Shown: one piece after another, positions 9,133 to 19,228 of the stretch
How positions within the stretch are numbered: position 1 is the stretch's first letter
Layout of the letters: each line of letters starts with the position of its first letter
Origin: Poseidonia sp.
GTDB lineage: Archaea; Thermoplasmatota; Poseidoniia; Poseidoniales; Poseidoniaceae
Assembly (NCBI GenBank): GCA_965661285.1
Contig: CBFIDD010000001.1
Span: 468,852-532,851 of the forward strand
Reading direction: 5' to 3'
DNA: 64,000 nucleotides
Position numbers and translations under genes: made by a program
Notes under the pieces: generated by a model
Told to the model about the DNA's origin: nothing
The model's input: only the letters and a program-made list of their open reading frames with translations
Database searches by the model: none

Positions 9133-10956
9133 TCAAGGCGTGTAGTTGAGGAACATGAAGATGCCAAAGAGGAAGATCAGCATCGGGACGATGAAGATTT
9201 CAAACAACGAACGATTCTTCGCCAGCACGTCCATCTCCGTCCCGTAGTGCATCACCGAAGCATCACCCGTTTCGGTGGTCGGGACCATCGTGAGCAAAGC
9301 CTGCGCCAGCGTATCGTGGCTGCCCCACGCTTCCATGTGCTCACGTTTGCGAGGGACGCAATCGCCCAAGATGTAGAGAGGGTCACCGATGCCCACACCG
9401 ACGAGGTCCCACTTCCAATCGCCTCGCTGCCACGAATCGAGCAAGGGCCCGTAGTCGAGGGGCTTTTTGACCCACAAGGACGGGTCGATGAGCATCCCGC
9501 CCGAACCGTCGTGAATCATGAAGGGGACGCCCCCGCTCTTGGTTTCTCGATGCTCCCACGAACAGTGGGTGTCACCGTCCGAATTGGTTCGGCACACGTA
9601 CTGGTAGGACTTCCACTGCCAGGCCACCAAGCCTTTGTGCGTGCGACCTCCGACCGTCATCTCGGGTGTTCCAGCCACGGAAGGCCGCACCTGACCGACG
9701 AGTTCTGCTTGGCCAACGGCCGCACTGCGAATTGGGGAGGTTGGCAGGTCCCGAATCAATCGATTGAGTTTGAACTGTTTCCATGCACTGTAAAACCAGA
9801 TGAGGTTGATGACGGTTACCGCTATGGTCATGCCCCAGCCGAGCGTGGTATGAAACGCTGAACCGTCCCTCGCTCGAAGGTCAGCAGAGAGCCAAATAAA
9901 CGACGAGGCAAACACCAGAGCGCCCAAACTGTAGGGCGTGATGAAGGCCGCTTTTGGTGTGCCGATGACCTGAGGGTGCTCAGGAATGAGGCGCCCGCCC
10001 TCGTCACCCGCGTACGGCTCGTCAAAGCGGGTCGGCGTTGGCGCGCCGAAGAGCCAGTCGTTCTCCACCGAGCGCGAGGGGTGGTTGCTGTACGCCAACG
10101 GCGCAAAATTCGGGCCGAAATGGGGGAACAAGCGCCCGCTGGAACCGAGCACGCCCGGAGCCGAGGTGGTGTCCATGGCCGCCGAACGGTTTGCCTTGCG
10201 AACCTTTCGCAGTTCTACAAGCAAGGGCGGGGACGTGCTGTACATGAAGATCAAACCGCTGAGGCCGGAGCTGAGCAAAGCCCAGCGGCCCCGGTCCTCT
10301 CGCTGGGTGACCTCTTGCGGGTCATTGGTCGGGTTGTTGAGGTTGCCAATTTCCGATACCGAGAGCAGTTGGTAGCGAGGGGGGTCCTCCTCAACCAGAA
10401 CAAATGCATTGAATTTGGAGTTGCATTCGCAATCAACGCCGTGGCCTTGAATCGTCCGTGACCACTCGCTTCCACAACCGGGGTCGATGACCTCGCCTTC
10501 GGGTGAGAGCGAACCTTCAAGCGAAAAGGCCGCTTGGATGGCGACGCCTTCTGAATCCATCATGGTCAACGGCTGGGCGTCTGCCATCCAGAAATCATAA
10601 TCCCAGCTGCCTCCACCCTCGCCGTCTTCCTCCCACGAACAATCATCGTAGGCAAGAACACCTTCGACCAGTTCCAACGGGATCACGACAAAGGCAGCTT
10701 CCGATGCGTATTCCCCACTGCCATAGCCCTTCTGAAGAGGACCGTGGTCGTACAAGCCCATATCGTCGTGGAGGTAGGGAAGAACGGTCGCTTCTTCAAC
10801 GCGAGGAATGTCCGGAATAACGAGGCTGCTCGTGTACATTCCAAAGGCAATCAAGACACCGAGGAGGGACAAAAGGTAGCCCGCCATGTGTCTGCCCTTC
10901 GGTTTTGGGAGGAAGAAGAAACCTTGGTCGATGCTGTGAACATCGGTCGGCCCCAT
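9133..10956 (-). CDS. Membrane protein with C-terminal GIDE-like domain and N-terminal Cys-containing ectodomain
   Basis: RLIRDLPTSPIRSAAVGQAELVG...VPFMIHDGSG...GDPLYILG pattern. ATG at 10956 has TTATA about 28 nt upstream; the ORF-track extension to 11133 runs into the repeat. Confidence 0.75.
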   Translation of the reverse strand: MGPTDVHSIDQGFFFLPKPKGRHMAGYLLSLLGVLIAFGMYTSSLVIPDIPRVEEATVLPYLHDDMGLYDHGPLQKGYGSGEYASEAAFVVIPLELVEGVLAYDDCSWEEDGEGGGSWDYDFWMADAQPLTMMDSEGVAIQAAFSLEGSLSPEGEVIDPGCGSEWSRTIQGHGVDCECNSKFNAFVLVEEDPPRYQLLSVSEIGNLNNPTNDPQEVTQREDRGRWALLSSGLSGLIFMYSTSPPLLVELRKVRKANRSAAMDTTSAPGVLGSSGRLFPHFGPNFAPLAYSNHPSRSVENDWLFGAPTPTRFDEPYAGDEGGRLIPEHPQVIGTPKAAFITPYSLGALVFASSFIWLSADLRARDGSAFHTTLGWGMTIAVTVINLIWFYSAWKQFKLNRLIRDLPTSPIRSAAVGQAELVGQVRPSVAGTPEMTVGGRTHKGLVAWQWKSYQYVCRTNSDGDTHCSWEHRETKSGGVPFMIHDGSGGMLIDPSLWVKKPLDYGPLLDSWQRGDWKWDLVGVGIGDPLYILGDCVPRKREHMEAWGSHDTLAQALLTMVPTTETGDASVMHYGTEMDVLAKNRSLFEIFIVPMLIFLFGIFMFLNYTP

Positions 10957-11046
10957 ACCTCCACTATGGGCTATCGTCCTATAATTCAACCTCCGGAACG
11001 GTACAAGGAAGGGAAGAACGGCGGAGAAAAGGCCCAGTGGAGGTCG

Positions 11047-11196
11047 TGCCGGGGCAGGATTCTCACTCAAACGGCTTAGCAGCCGTGCAGTTCTCACCCT
11101 GCTGCTGGGTAATGCCGGGGGCAGGATTCTCACTCAAACGGCTTAGCAGCCGTGCAGTTCTCACCCTGCTGCTGGGTAATGCCGGGGGCAGGATTC
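11047..11196. repeat. tRNA-linked tandem repeat, 67-bp period: two full units plus the tRNA 3' end
   Basis: Units 11047-11112 and 11113-11179 are identical except for 4 vs 5 G. Each starts (plus strand) with tgccggg(g)gcaggattc, the reverse complement of the tRNA 3' end at 11180-11196. Confidence 0.95.
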
Positions 11197-11261
11197 GAAC
11201 CTGCGAAGCAATATGCAGAGGAGCTTGAATCCACCCCCTTTGACCACTCGGGTACCCCGGC
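11180..11261 (-). tRNA. tRNA-Leu (anticodon CAA)
   Basis: Minus strand folds with a GCCGGGG/CCCCGGC acceptor stem, D-loop AGTGG, anticodon loop TT-CAA-GC, long variable arm, T arm GCAGG-TTCGAAT-CCTGC and discriminator A; no encoded CCA. Confidence 0.93.
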
Positions 11262-11294
11262 TTCTGTTCGTGCCGTGAGGCCCGTTCTTCTTGA

Positions 11295-14200
11295 CTATTC
11301 CTCTTGTGGAATGTCCGCCAAATCAACGGGTTTCGGGGGCGGTCGACGATGCGAAACGATGCGTCGAATTCGTTCCAAGTGATATGATTCAGCGCGTTGA
11401 GCGCGTTGCTGTCGAACGACGAAGAGCACCATGCCCGCCACGAGCAAGGAAAGCGCCGAAAGGCTGAGTGTCGCCATGCTGCTGTTGGCGTCATCGCCCT
11501 CGCCCGCTTTGATATCAGCCATGGGAACCGGAACCTGCGGCGTGTGGTTGACGATCTCGAGATTCAGGCCTAGCCGACCGACTTTCCAGGCCTCGATGTT
11601 CCATACGAAATTCACCCATTCTCCAGAAGCCAGCGACCGCGTTTCGTTGGCCATGATGCGTCCTTCATCGTCTCGTAGCAGCACGTTCATCTCCCCTGGC
11701 AAGAGACCGTCGTTGGCAATCCGGGCATAGATCGAAACGTTCTCACCAACGGTTGGGCGGAACGGGGTGGCTGAGAGGTCGGTGAGAACGGGTTCAAACG
11801 CATACCACGTCAACCCGACGTTCAGTGGCGCACGTTCTGTCCCGTAGCCCGTCAAGGTTCGTCCAGACCGGTCGCTGGCCTCGAACCAGACGATGAGCAC
11901 ATCACTGCGTGTCAACGCAACATCGTTGGGGAGGAAGTTGACCGTCCCGTTGTACACCGTGAATTCATTGACCACCTCACGAAGCGGGAGGAAGAAGGCC
12001 TTCTCGGTGCCCGCCACGGGTTGACCAAGACGATAGAACACAGCATGCATCTTCAGCGCGGTGGGTGGCATATCGGTGTCGTCGCTGATGCTCAGGGAAA
12101 CCTCAACCGCTTCCAGTTCATTGGAGGGGAGGTTCTCAAGCATCCCCGGTTCGAGAACGAGTTTTGGTGCAGCATCATCCACGACGACGTTGTAGTGCAG
12201 GGGACCGAAGGCTCGCTCATCGTAGCCTTGAGCCTCAACGGTCAGGGTGCCGGTATCGTTGTACATCACGTTCTCGTTCATGGAGACGTTGAATTCCACC
12301 GCCCCGGATTCGGTCATGTTGAAATGTCCAATTTCAGACCGCTCACCATCACTCAGCGTCCAGACAAACGAACCCGTTGCTGGGAGGTCGCGGGCGAGCA
12401 CGTCGGTGCCGTTGTGAAACACCCCAATGCGATGATGGACCGCCTCGTTTCGATGGAACCAATAGGTGGAGCCGTTGTTATCACCGAAGGGCGCTTGCAT
12501 GTCGGTGATGTTCAGCCATTCAACGCCAACCTCGGTACCGGGAGTCCAGGACAATCCGCCCAACTGATACAATCCAAGACCGAGGTCCTGCCCTTCATCG
12601 AACACCTTGAGGGAGGGCGTCCCACCCTCTGCAGCGATGGTGGTGCTGGCGTTCCAGTCCAAGCGGAACGAGACGGTCACGTCGTAGGTGGTCACCAGCG
12701 GTCGTTTCACCACCTGTACGGTGGGTGCTTCAATGAAACACAACTCGTCGAATTCCACGCCGCCAAAACGAGGCTCGTAGTGGATGAAGCAGGCCGACTC
12801 GTTTGTTTCGCCCAAGAGCGCCAAACGAAGGCTTTCGAGCGAGGAAATTCCATTCGCGTCGCCTAAGGCAAACGAGAAGGTGTGTTCGTGGCCCGCCAGC
12901 AAACGGTTGTTGATCCGGTCGAGACGGAGGCTCTCGACGTCAACGGTGGTGTCCGAGCGTCGCTGAACGCTGATGGTGGCCAGATCGTCCGATTCACCGA
13001 AGGACCCGCCGCCGGTCAAGGGATTTCCAGCGAGATCTTCTCCCTTCAGAACCACGCTCACGCGCCCAACCGGGCTGTTGTCGGGCACCACGCTTTGGGA
13101 CGAAAGAAGAGGAAGGTCAACCTCGAGTTGGGCGACACCGCGGTTTAGACTCACGGTTTGCATCGTGTATTCGCTCTCTTCCATGATGCCGTTGCCGTTG
13201 GCATCGTCGCGCCGCTCAAGCCACGTCCACACCTCCAACTGACTCGAGAGTCCTTCGGGGTCGCTGAGTTGAAGCCGCAAGGCGATGTCCTTGCCGTACA
13301 TCGAAACATGGCCGTCGGCGACCACTTCCTGTCCCGAATCCAAGACATGCAGGGAATCCACCTCAGGTGGAACGGTGTCGTGCAAAAAACGGGTCGGCGT
13401 CAACACCACCGTTCGGTCCTCGCTCGTCGTGACGGCGTCAACCGGCCCACGACGCGTGAGACTGGGTCGAAGTTCGAAGAAGGTGTTACTCGGAAGGCCC
13501 TCTGACTGCGACGGTGTCGAGAGTGAAACAGAGAACCACCCTCCCGATGTGACCTCAGCCGACCATGCTCTCGACCAGTTGACAGGTTCGTTCAACCACT
13601 CGTCGGGGCCCCCCGAGAGGTTCTTTGATGGTACGGCTCGCAACGTCACGGTGACTTCGGCTTCACCGGCGTCTACCCACTGGTTCGCAATGCCTTCCAT
13701 CCGAACCCGCCCCTCGGCATGCAGGGTTTGGTTTTCGTTCAGGTGGTAGGGCCAGAAGGAATTGGTCCAGTCGTCAATCCGGCGTTGGTCGGTGTCTGAG
13801 ACAGTAAAATCAACCACTTCAAGGTCGTTTTCAACCTCGTTGAACGCAGTTTTCCTCACGAACACCTCCGGTCCGGTCTCAAGCCCGTTCTCGTCTTGGG
13901 CCGTCGTCAAGACATGGAGGTCGTCCATATCGTTGAGCAACCATGTGCTGGTCAGCACCCACTGAACACTGCAAGTGTTGAGGGTGCAGGAGACACTGGA
14001 AGCGGCAGCGTCCAAGTGCGCGAGGCCCACACCGTCCAATTGCCTGAATCGAGGCGCATCTTGAATCCGGTCAAGTTCGACATGAACGACAGCGTCATTG
14101 AGGTCGCCGGACGGCGAGAGATGGAACGCCACCTTGGTGATGTCAGGGGCATTCTCGCTCGCATCGAGAGGGTTGAGGCGCGTGTGGTGCGTGGTGAAGG

Positions 14201-17200
14201 AGACCGTTTGTTCTGGTAGCCATCGCGTGTAGCTGGGGGCGTCCACCTGTTCCACCATCACGGGTACAGCGGAGGCTCCAACGGCCACGCGTAGACCCCC
14301 TCGCTGCGTCATGATGTGAAGGGGCACATCCAATACGGCTCGCATATCACCGTCATACGAGGCCTGCTTGGCCGAATTGAGGGAAGTGGCGGAGAGGTCC
14401 ACTTCGACGGTGGTATCGGGAAGAAGGTGCATCAGGTTCAGAACTTTGACATCGGCAACGCCCACAACGGTGATGTCAAGAGCGCAGGTCAACAACGAAC
14501 GGTTGGTCGAGAAAGCCGCAACCGAGGTGACCGAAGCACACGGTGAGGAACCTTGGTGTTGGATCATTCCGCCATGGCCGATGGTTTGTACGACCCCGCC
14601 GATGCGCACCTCCGCACCCTCGCTGGCATTGCTCACCATGAGGGAAAAGGCCGGGCCTTCCCCGGGTGGGAGGTTGGAGGGCAGACGACTGAGCGTTCGG
14701 TACGCCAGCTGCAAACTCGAGTTTTCCATCGGGATTGAGGGCGATGATTCGTTATGGGCCCAGAGAATATCCGTCCCGTTGTGAACGGCTTCGGTCCATC
14801 GGGTGTTGAGGCCAAGATGGTCGTCCATCCCGATTGGCGGCCACGTCATGACGGAGACGTTGTTCCACCCCAACGCCATGGAGGGCGCTTGTGGCGGGAT
14901 GACACAATCCAATTCCGCCTTGGCACGAACAAACGCTTCTCCACCCGTGGCCGTGAGGGTAAACGCAGGCATCAACGCCATCGTACCTCCAAGTGAATGG
15001 TTCAGGAAGGTGGTTTTTATCGGCGAGGGGGAATGCGACGAGGCCACCACCTGGCCGTTTGGTGTCGTCCATGTGAGGTTATCACCCACCGTCGTGAGTC
15101 GGTAGCCATCGTGGGGGCAAGCCACAAAGCGGGGCAGCGGGAGCGAGAAGGGGGCTGCAACCTGAAGCGTTCCATTCTCATCCATGCTCGAGGTGGCGGC
15201 GCCCGTGGGCCTGTCAAGGACATGCTGCGGACCAATGTAGGTGGTTCGTCCGACGCTAAGGCTGTGGACCAAGGGCGTCACAAAGGTGTCGTTGGTGCTC
15301 ATACGGACCCGGACATGCACCGTTGGATGCTCGTTTGGGTCGAGCGCCAATTGAGCCGGAAGCTGCAGATGCTCATGCTGCGGGATGGGGTTGTGCTGGG
15401 CATCGAGAATGTCAAACAGCAAGGTGGTCCCATCAGGGCGTTCGTACCAGCCATCAAGCCAGCCGTATCCAAAAATCGGGTCGGGGGAAATCGGCTTGGA
15501 AATCCAGCTCCCGGCCGGTTCAAACACGTCCACTTCAATGCCGGCGTCGTCGATGTACCAACCATCGCCTTCGATGTACGTGTCTGAAAAGAATGAGAAG
15601 CGCGCTTTGAGCGACTGCCCGGAAAGATTGGACAAATCGTAGGTCTTCAATTCAAAATCCCGTGGATTGGAGGCGCCGCAACCACCGGCAACGCTTGAAC
15701 CATCGATGATGCCTTGGCTGAAAAGTGGTGAATTGGTGTTTACGGTGGAAATTTGGTCGTGGAAGCCGTTGAGTTGAGGAGGAAGCCACCACCACTGTTG
15801 ACCGCCATCGGTTGAGATGGAAACGCCGCCACCGTCCCAATTGGCTTCGGTGCATACCCACGAACGGAAGGAAAGGCGTGCTGAGGCATTGGTCGGAATG
15901 CTGTATTCTTGCGTGGTCAGATGCGTGTAGATGTTGTTGGTGTATTTCGTGGTCAAATTCACGGCGGCGCCGTTTTGTCCAGAATAAAAGACACCGGGGC
16001 CGTAGCCGGATGTGTCGCGGGTTTGACCGATTTCCCAACCGTCAGGCCACGTGCCTTCAATGACCCAACCCGGAGGGGTTGTCATCGAGGATTCAAAGGA
16101 CTCAACACGCGATTCTGGAGGGTTGACGCCAAACGAGCTGGTCCAGTTCCATTCGTTGATTCGATTTGATGAGCCGTCCAACCAACCCCGCTGGTCGCCC
16201 ACCTCTCCGGTGGTGAGAGAGGAAAAATTCGACACTTGGAGGCGTTCCTCCTGGGCGGTCCCCGGCCGGTGGACGACCTGCACGTTGTCGATGGCGACGC
16301 CTTCCCAACTCGACGAAGCAAAACCCCCGTAGCCGGTTTGCTGGTTGGTCATGACTTGAAACATGAAGAGGATGCTTGATGCGTTTGGGTGTGAAGAAAC
16401 AGCACTGGGGAGATTGTAGGAGATGGGGCGCCAGCCCAGAGATTCATCCGTGTAGTAGGTTCCTTGAATGGATAGCCCGTTTCCGGGAAGACCTGGGATT
16501 CCTGAAACCGGTGCCCATGTCGTCCCGTTGTTGACGCTGATGTAAACCATGAGATTGTCTGAATACGACCCCTCAATGTCCCAGTTGGCCCAGAATTCAA
16601 TCTCCATTGGCCCAGTGAATGATGAGAGATTGGCGGGGAGCAAAAGACGACCGTCGGCATTGTCCGCATAATCGCCGCTCATGTTTCCGTGGAACCACGC
16701 ACCGGGAAGATCCCCGAGGTTGGTCAGGGTGAAATTATCCAAAAACCAGCCTGCTCGGTCGCCAGCCGTGGTTGATGTTTGGAAACAAAATCGGATTTCA
16801 AGCGTGGTGGCCGCCGAAGGAATGACCCCGTCGAGATTGAAATGGGCGTGCTCCCATGCGCTTGACTGGCCCGACCAAACCGCACCCGGCGTTCCACTGA
16901 GCGTCGAGGTGTTGGTGTAGGAAGGACGGGGTGTCAACACCTGCCACGCACCGCCCGTCGTACGGGCTTCCACCCATGCTGCATCGTCGTCCTTGAATGA
17001 AAGCCAATGGTCGAAGGTCAAGTTGTACTGATTGACAAAAGCCGGTACCAATTCCTCAGGCGAGGCCAGGCAACCGCTCATGTTGGCCGACAACCCTCCC
17101 AAGGCTTGGGTGGCCAGCACGCGCTGACCGTCCGTCGCCGTCGAGGGTTGGTGTTGAACAGCCGTACCGTTCAGAGGTAGGACATTCCACGCGTTGTGAT

Positions 17201-17648
17201 GAGGACCTTCGCCTTCCCAATCCGGAAGGGTTTCGATGAGGGTTTCAAAGTCGGTCAGACTGGCCAAGGTGCTCTCGGTTGCCAAACTCAACTGACCGCC
17301 GTGTCCGATATCTTGGGTGTCATCATGGGTGCCACTCCAACCGGTATTGGCGTCAATACCGAAGCGGGTCGCTGTGTCGGGGGCTTCCGCCCACATCGGG
17401 GTGACGGACAGGGAACCGCCCGAAAACGTGTGATTGTACGGGACGCTCAGGATGCCTGTGCTTGTCAAATTGAGACCCAATTCGTTCGGTTGGGGCGTGT
17501 AGTATGTGGCTCGTGCAGGGCTGTCCTGTGCGGACGGCTCGGCTGCGGGAACCATCGAAGACAGCGAGACCAACACGATCAGGAGGCATAAGCCAACGGC
17601 AACGGCGGGCTTTTGCGCCGAAACACCGGGACCTGGACAAGCCGTCAT
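11295..17648 (-). CDS. Giant cell-surface protein (~2100 aa): signal peptide, 3 jelly-roll (MAM/M6-associated-like) repeats, Ig-like stalk, CARDB-like domain, C-terminal TM
   Basis: Hydrophobic N-terminus; repeats ending WFLDNF / VAIDNV / WYIDDA; DDANGNG Ca-loop; TM LSLSALSLLVAGMVLFVV followed by a basic tail. Start uncertain. Confidence 0.85.
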   Translation of the reverse strand: MTACPGPGVSAQKPAVAVGLCLLIVLVSLSSMVPAAEPSAQDSPARATYYTPQPNELGLNLTSTGILSVPYNHTFSGGSLSVTPMWAEAPDTATRFGIDANTGWSGTHDDTQDIGHGGQLSLATESTLASLTDFETLIETLPDWEGEGPHHNAWNVLPLNGTAVQHQPSTATDGQRVLATQALGGLSANMSGCLASPEELVPAFVNQYNLTFDHWLSFKDDDAAWVEARTTGGAWQVLTPRPSYTNTSTLSGTPGAVWSGQSSAWEHAHFNLDGVIPSAATTLEIRFCFQTSTTAGDRAGWFLDNFTLTNLGDLPGAWFHGNMSGDYADNADGRLLLPANLSSFTGPMEIEFWANWDIEGSYSDNLMVYISVNNGTTWAPVSGIPGLPGNGLSIQGTYYTDESLGWRPISYNLPSAVSSHPNASSILFMFQVMTNQQTGYGGFASSSWEGVAIDNVQVVHRPGTAQEERLQVSNFSSLTTGEVGDQRGWLDGSSNRINEWNWTSSFGVNPPESRVESFESSMTTPPGWVIEGTWPDGWEIGQTRDTSGYGPGVFYSGQNGAAVNLTTKYTNNIYTHLTTQEYSIPTNASARLSFRSWVCTEANWDGGGVSISTDGGQQWWWLPPQLNGFHDQISTVNTNSPLFSQGIIDGSSVAGGCGASNPRDFELKTYDLSNLSGQSLKARFSFFSDTYIEGDGWYIDDAGIEVDVFEPAGSWISKPISPDPIFGYGWLDGWYERPDGTTLLFDILDAQHNPIPQHEHLQLPAQLALDPNEHPTVHVRVRMSTNDTFVTPLVHSLSVGRTTYIGPQHVLDRPTGAATSSMDENGTLQVAAPFSLPLPRFVACPHDGYRLTTVGDNLTWTTPNGQVVASSHSPSPIKTTFLNHSLGGTMALMPAFTLTATGGEAFVRAKAELDCVIPPQAPSMALGWNNVSVMTWPPIGMDDHLGLNTRWTEAVHNGTDILWAHNESSPSIPMENSSLQLAYRTLSRLPSNLPPGEGPAFSLMVSNASEGAEVRIGGVVQTIGHGGMIQHQGSSPCASVTSVAAFSTNRSLLTCALDITVVGVADVKVLNLMHLLPDTTVEVDLSATSLNSAKQASYDGDMRAVLDVPLHIMTQRGGLRVAVGASAVPVMVEQVDAPSYTRWLPEQTVSFTTHHTRLNPLDASENAPDITKVAFHLSPSGDLNDAVVHVELDRIQDAPRFRQLDGVGLAHLDAAASSVSCTLNTCSVQWVLTSTWLLNDMDDLHVLTTAQDENGLETGPEVFVRKTAFNEVENDLEVVDFTVSDTDQRRIDDWTNSFWPYHLNENQTLHAEGRVRMEGIANQWVDAGEAEVTVTLRAVPSKNLSGGPDEWLNEPVNWSRAWSAEVTSGGWFSVSLSTPSQSEGLPSNTFFELRPSLTRRGPVDAVTTSEDRTVVLTPTRFLHDTVPPEVDSLHVLDSGQEVVADGHVSMYGKDIALRLQLSDPEGLSSQLEVWTWLERRDDANGNGIMEESEYTMQTVSLNRGVAQLEVDLPLLSSQSVVPDNSPVGRVSVVLKGEDLAGNPLTGGGSFGESDDLATISVQRRSDTTVDVESLRLDRINNRLLAGHEHTFSFALGDANGISSLESLRLALLGETNESACFIHYEPRFGGVEFDELCFIEAPTVQVVKRPLVTTYDVTVSFRLDWNASTTIAAEGGTPSLKVFDEGQDLGLGLYQLGGLSWTPGTEVGVEWLNITDMQAPFGDNNGSTYWFHRNEAVHHRIGVFHNGTDVLARDLPATGSFVWTLSDGERSEIGHFNMTESGAVEFNVSMNENVMYNDTGTLTVEAQGYDERAFGPLHYNVVVDDAAPKLVLEPGMLENLPSNELEAVEVSLSISDDTDMPPTALKMHAVFYRLGQPVAGTEKAFFLPLREVVNEFTVYNGTVNFLPNDVALTRSDVLIVWFEASDRSGRTLTGYGTERAPLNVGLTWYAFEPVLTDLSATPFRPTVGENVSIYARIANDGLLPGEMNVLLRDDEGRIMANETRSLASGEWVNFVWNIEAWKVGRLGLNLEIVNHTPQVPVPMADIKAGEGDDANSSMATLSLSALSLLVAGMVLFVVRQQRAQRAESYHLERIRRIVSHRRPPPKPVDLADIPQEE

Positions 17649-17775
17649 GGGAGAAACACCTCGCTGTGTGAGGTGGGGTTTTGTGATATGAAAGGGTGTT
17701 ATGATTGCGTCATTCAAAGAGAACCGATTGTTTGCATGAAGAGGATTCAAATCCCGTCACCCTCACGTCGTCAAC

Positions 17776-18792
17776 ATGACCGCTGTTCGCAATCTCGACA
17801 GCGCCCAAGCGCAAGAGATTGAGGAACAGTTGTTCACCACGCATCGGCAGCAACTGCCTCGCCACGTTCCCATCCCGCTGCCTCGCCAAGATTTCTGGGA
17901 GATGGTGAGGGCCCTGCTCTCGACCCTTGATGTTGACATCCAAGACATGGTCCGAAAAGGTTCGACGGACATGCGTTTACAGAACCTGCAAAAGCGGCAG
18001 ACCAACATTCGACGCATCGCCTCGGAGTTGGCACGCAAACGCATGGTCGCCATGATGCAGCACGTCGCCAGCCAAGCGCTGCGAAGCGGCGTCAACCCAA
18101 GTATCGCACAAGAACTCCCCTCCTTGGATTGGCAGCGTCACGACCCTGCCGAGAAAGCCTTCTATCACGCCTTGCAACTCAATGTTGACCGTTTCAAGAA
18201 AGAAATCGACTGGCAGGGAATGCAGCAAGGCCTCCTTGGAGAATTGCGAGCACCGCCCAGACCGCACGCTCCGGGCACCATGCAGTTGGACGCTTTTGTT
18301 GACGACGGCCAAATCACCTCTCGGCCACCGCCCGATTTGGCGTTTGAAGACAACATGGAGCCACTTCCCCCACCCGAAGACGATGCCGAAGAACGATGGA
18401 TGGACGATGCATCGTGGGCCGATGAAGAAGCCTACCTCATGGCGGACATGATGGACGGCGGAACGACACCCCCGTCGGTGGAACCGGCACCACAAAAAGG
18501 TGAGAAGCACGGTGCAGCGATGGAATTGGCACCCTCAAAAGAACCGATGCACATCATTGAGGATGCGCCGCCTGCACCGCAGGACGACCTTGCGCCAACC
18601 GCCACAATCGAGGAAGACCCAAGTGTGAACGAAGAAAATGTTCGAGTACGGATTTTGGAGACGATGCCCGAGCCGATCATGGACGCATCGGGCGAGGCGC
18701 TGTCCCTGGAGGCCGGTGATGTTCACTTCCTCGACGAGGGCACCGCTGCGTGGTTGGTGGACGCAGGCGTAGCTGAGCGGGCCGAGGTGTGA
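17776..18792 (+). CDS. GINS complex subunit (Gins51/Gins15-type: A domain, long linker, B domain)
   Basis: Helical A-domain-like N-terminus (DFWEMVRALL...ELARKRM) and C-terminal B domain VRVRILETMP...LEAGDVHFLDEGTAAWLVDAGVAE. Confidence 0.75.
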   Translation: MTAVRNLDSAQAQEIEEQLFTTHRQQLPRHVPIPLPRQDFWEMVRALLSTLDVDIQDMVRKGSTDMRLQNLQKRQTNIRRIASELARKRMVAMMQHVASQALRSGVNPSIAQELPSLDWQRHDPAEKAFYHALQLNVDRFKKEIDWQGMQQGLLGELRAPPRPHAPGTMQLDAFVDDGQITSRPPPDLAFEDNMEPLPPPEDDAEERWMDDASWADEEAYLMADMMDGGTTPPSVEPAPQKGEKHGAAMELAPSKEPMHIIEDAPPAPQDDLAPTATIEEDPSVNEENVRVRILETMPEPIMDASGEALSLEAGDVHFLDEGTAAWLVDAGVAERAEV

Positions 18793-18860
18793 ACCACAGG
18801 TTCCAGTCGCACAAAAGCAGAGCTCGCACTCGAAGCGACGGGTTCAACAGAGCGTTGCGC

Positions 18861-19190
18861 TCAGTTGATGTTTCTCATCGAGATCTCAATGCTGACGGTG
18901 TCAGGGATGGGAATCTTGGTGACCGATCGAAGCGCTCCTTGGTCCTTCGCCGTGGAGATGTCCATCTCAAGCAAACGCTTGTGGATGCGCATTTCCCAGT
19001 GATCGTAGGTTTCGCTTCCTTCGCCATCGGGTGCCTTGCGGACAGGGACGACGAGACGACGGGTCGGGAGAGGAATCGGTCCTCGGAGGTTGATACCACC
19101 GCTGTCGCAGATGGTTTTGATTTGGCTGGCAACGTCATCGATGTCCTTGTGGTTTTCACCGGTCAACTTGATGACAGTTACAGCAACCAT
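18861..19190 (-). CDS. rpsJ: 30S ribosomal protein uS10
   Basis: GPIPLPTRRL...RKAPDGEG...WEMRIHKR, the archaeal uS10 signature; directly downstream of EF-1alpha. Confidence 0.97.
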   Translation of the reverse strand: MVAVTVIKLTGENHKDIDDVASQIKTICDSGGINLRGPIPLPTRRLVVPVRKAPDGEGSETYDHWEMRIHKRLLEMDISTAKDQGALRSVTKIPIPDTVSIEISMRNIN

Positions 19191-19228
19191 TCAATTCACT
19201 CCTCGCACCAATCTTCCAGTGAGCGAAC

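Noticed and set aside
11047-11196. Mini CRISPR array
   Set aside because: The intervening sequences are identical rather than unique spacers, the repeated part is the tRNA 3' end, and there are no cas genes in the window.
15500-17200. Metalloprotease call for the 2100-aa protein
   Set aside because: The repeats resemble accessory domains of M6-type proteases, but I found no HExxH motif.
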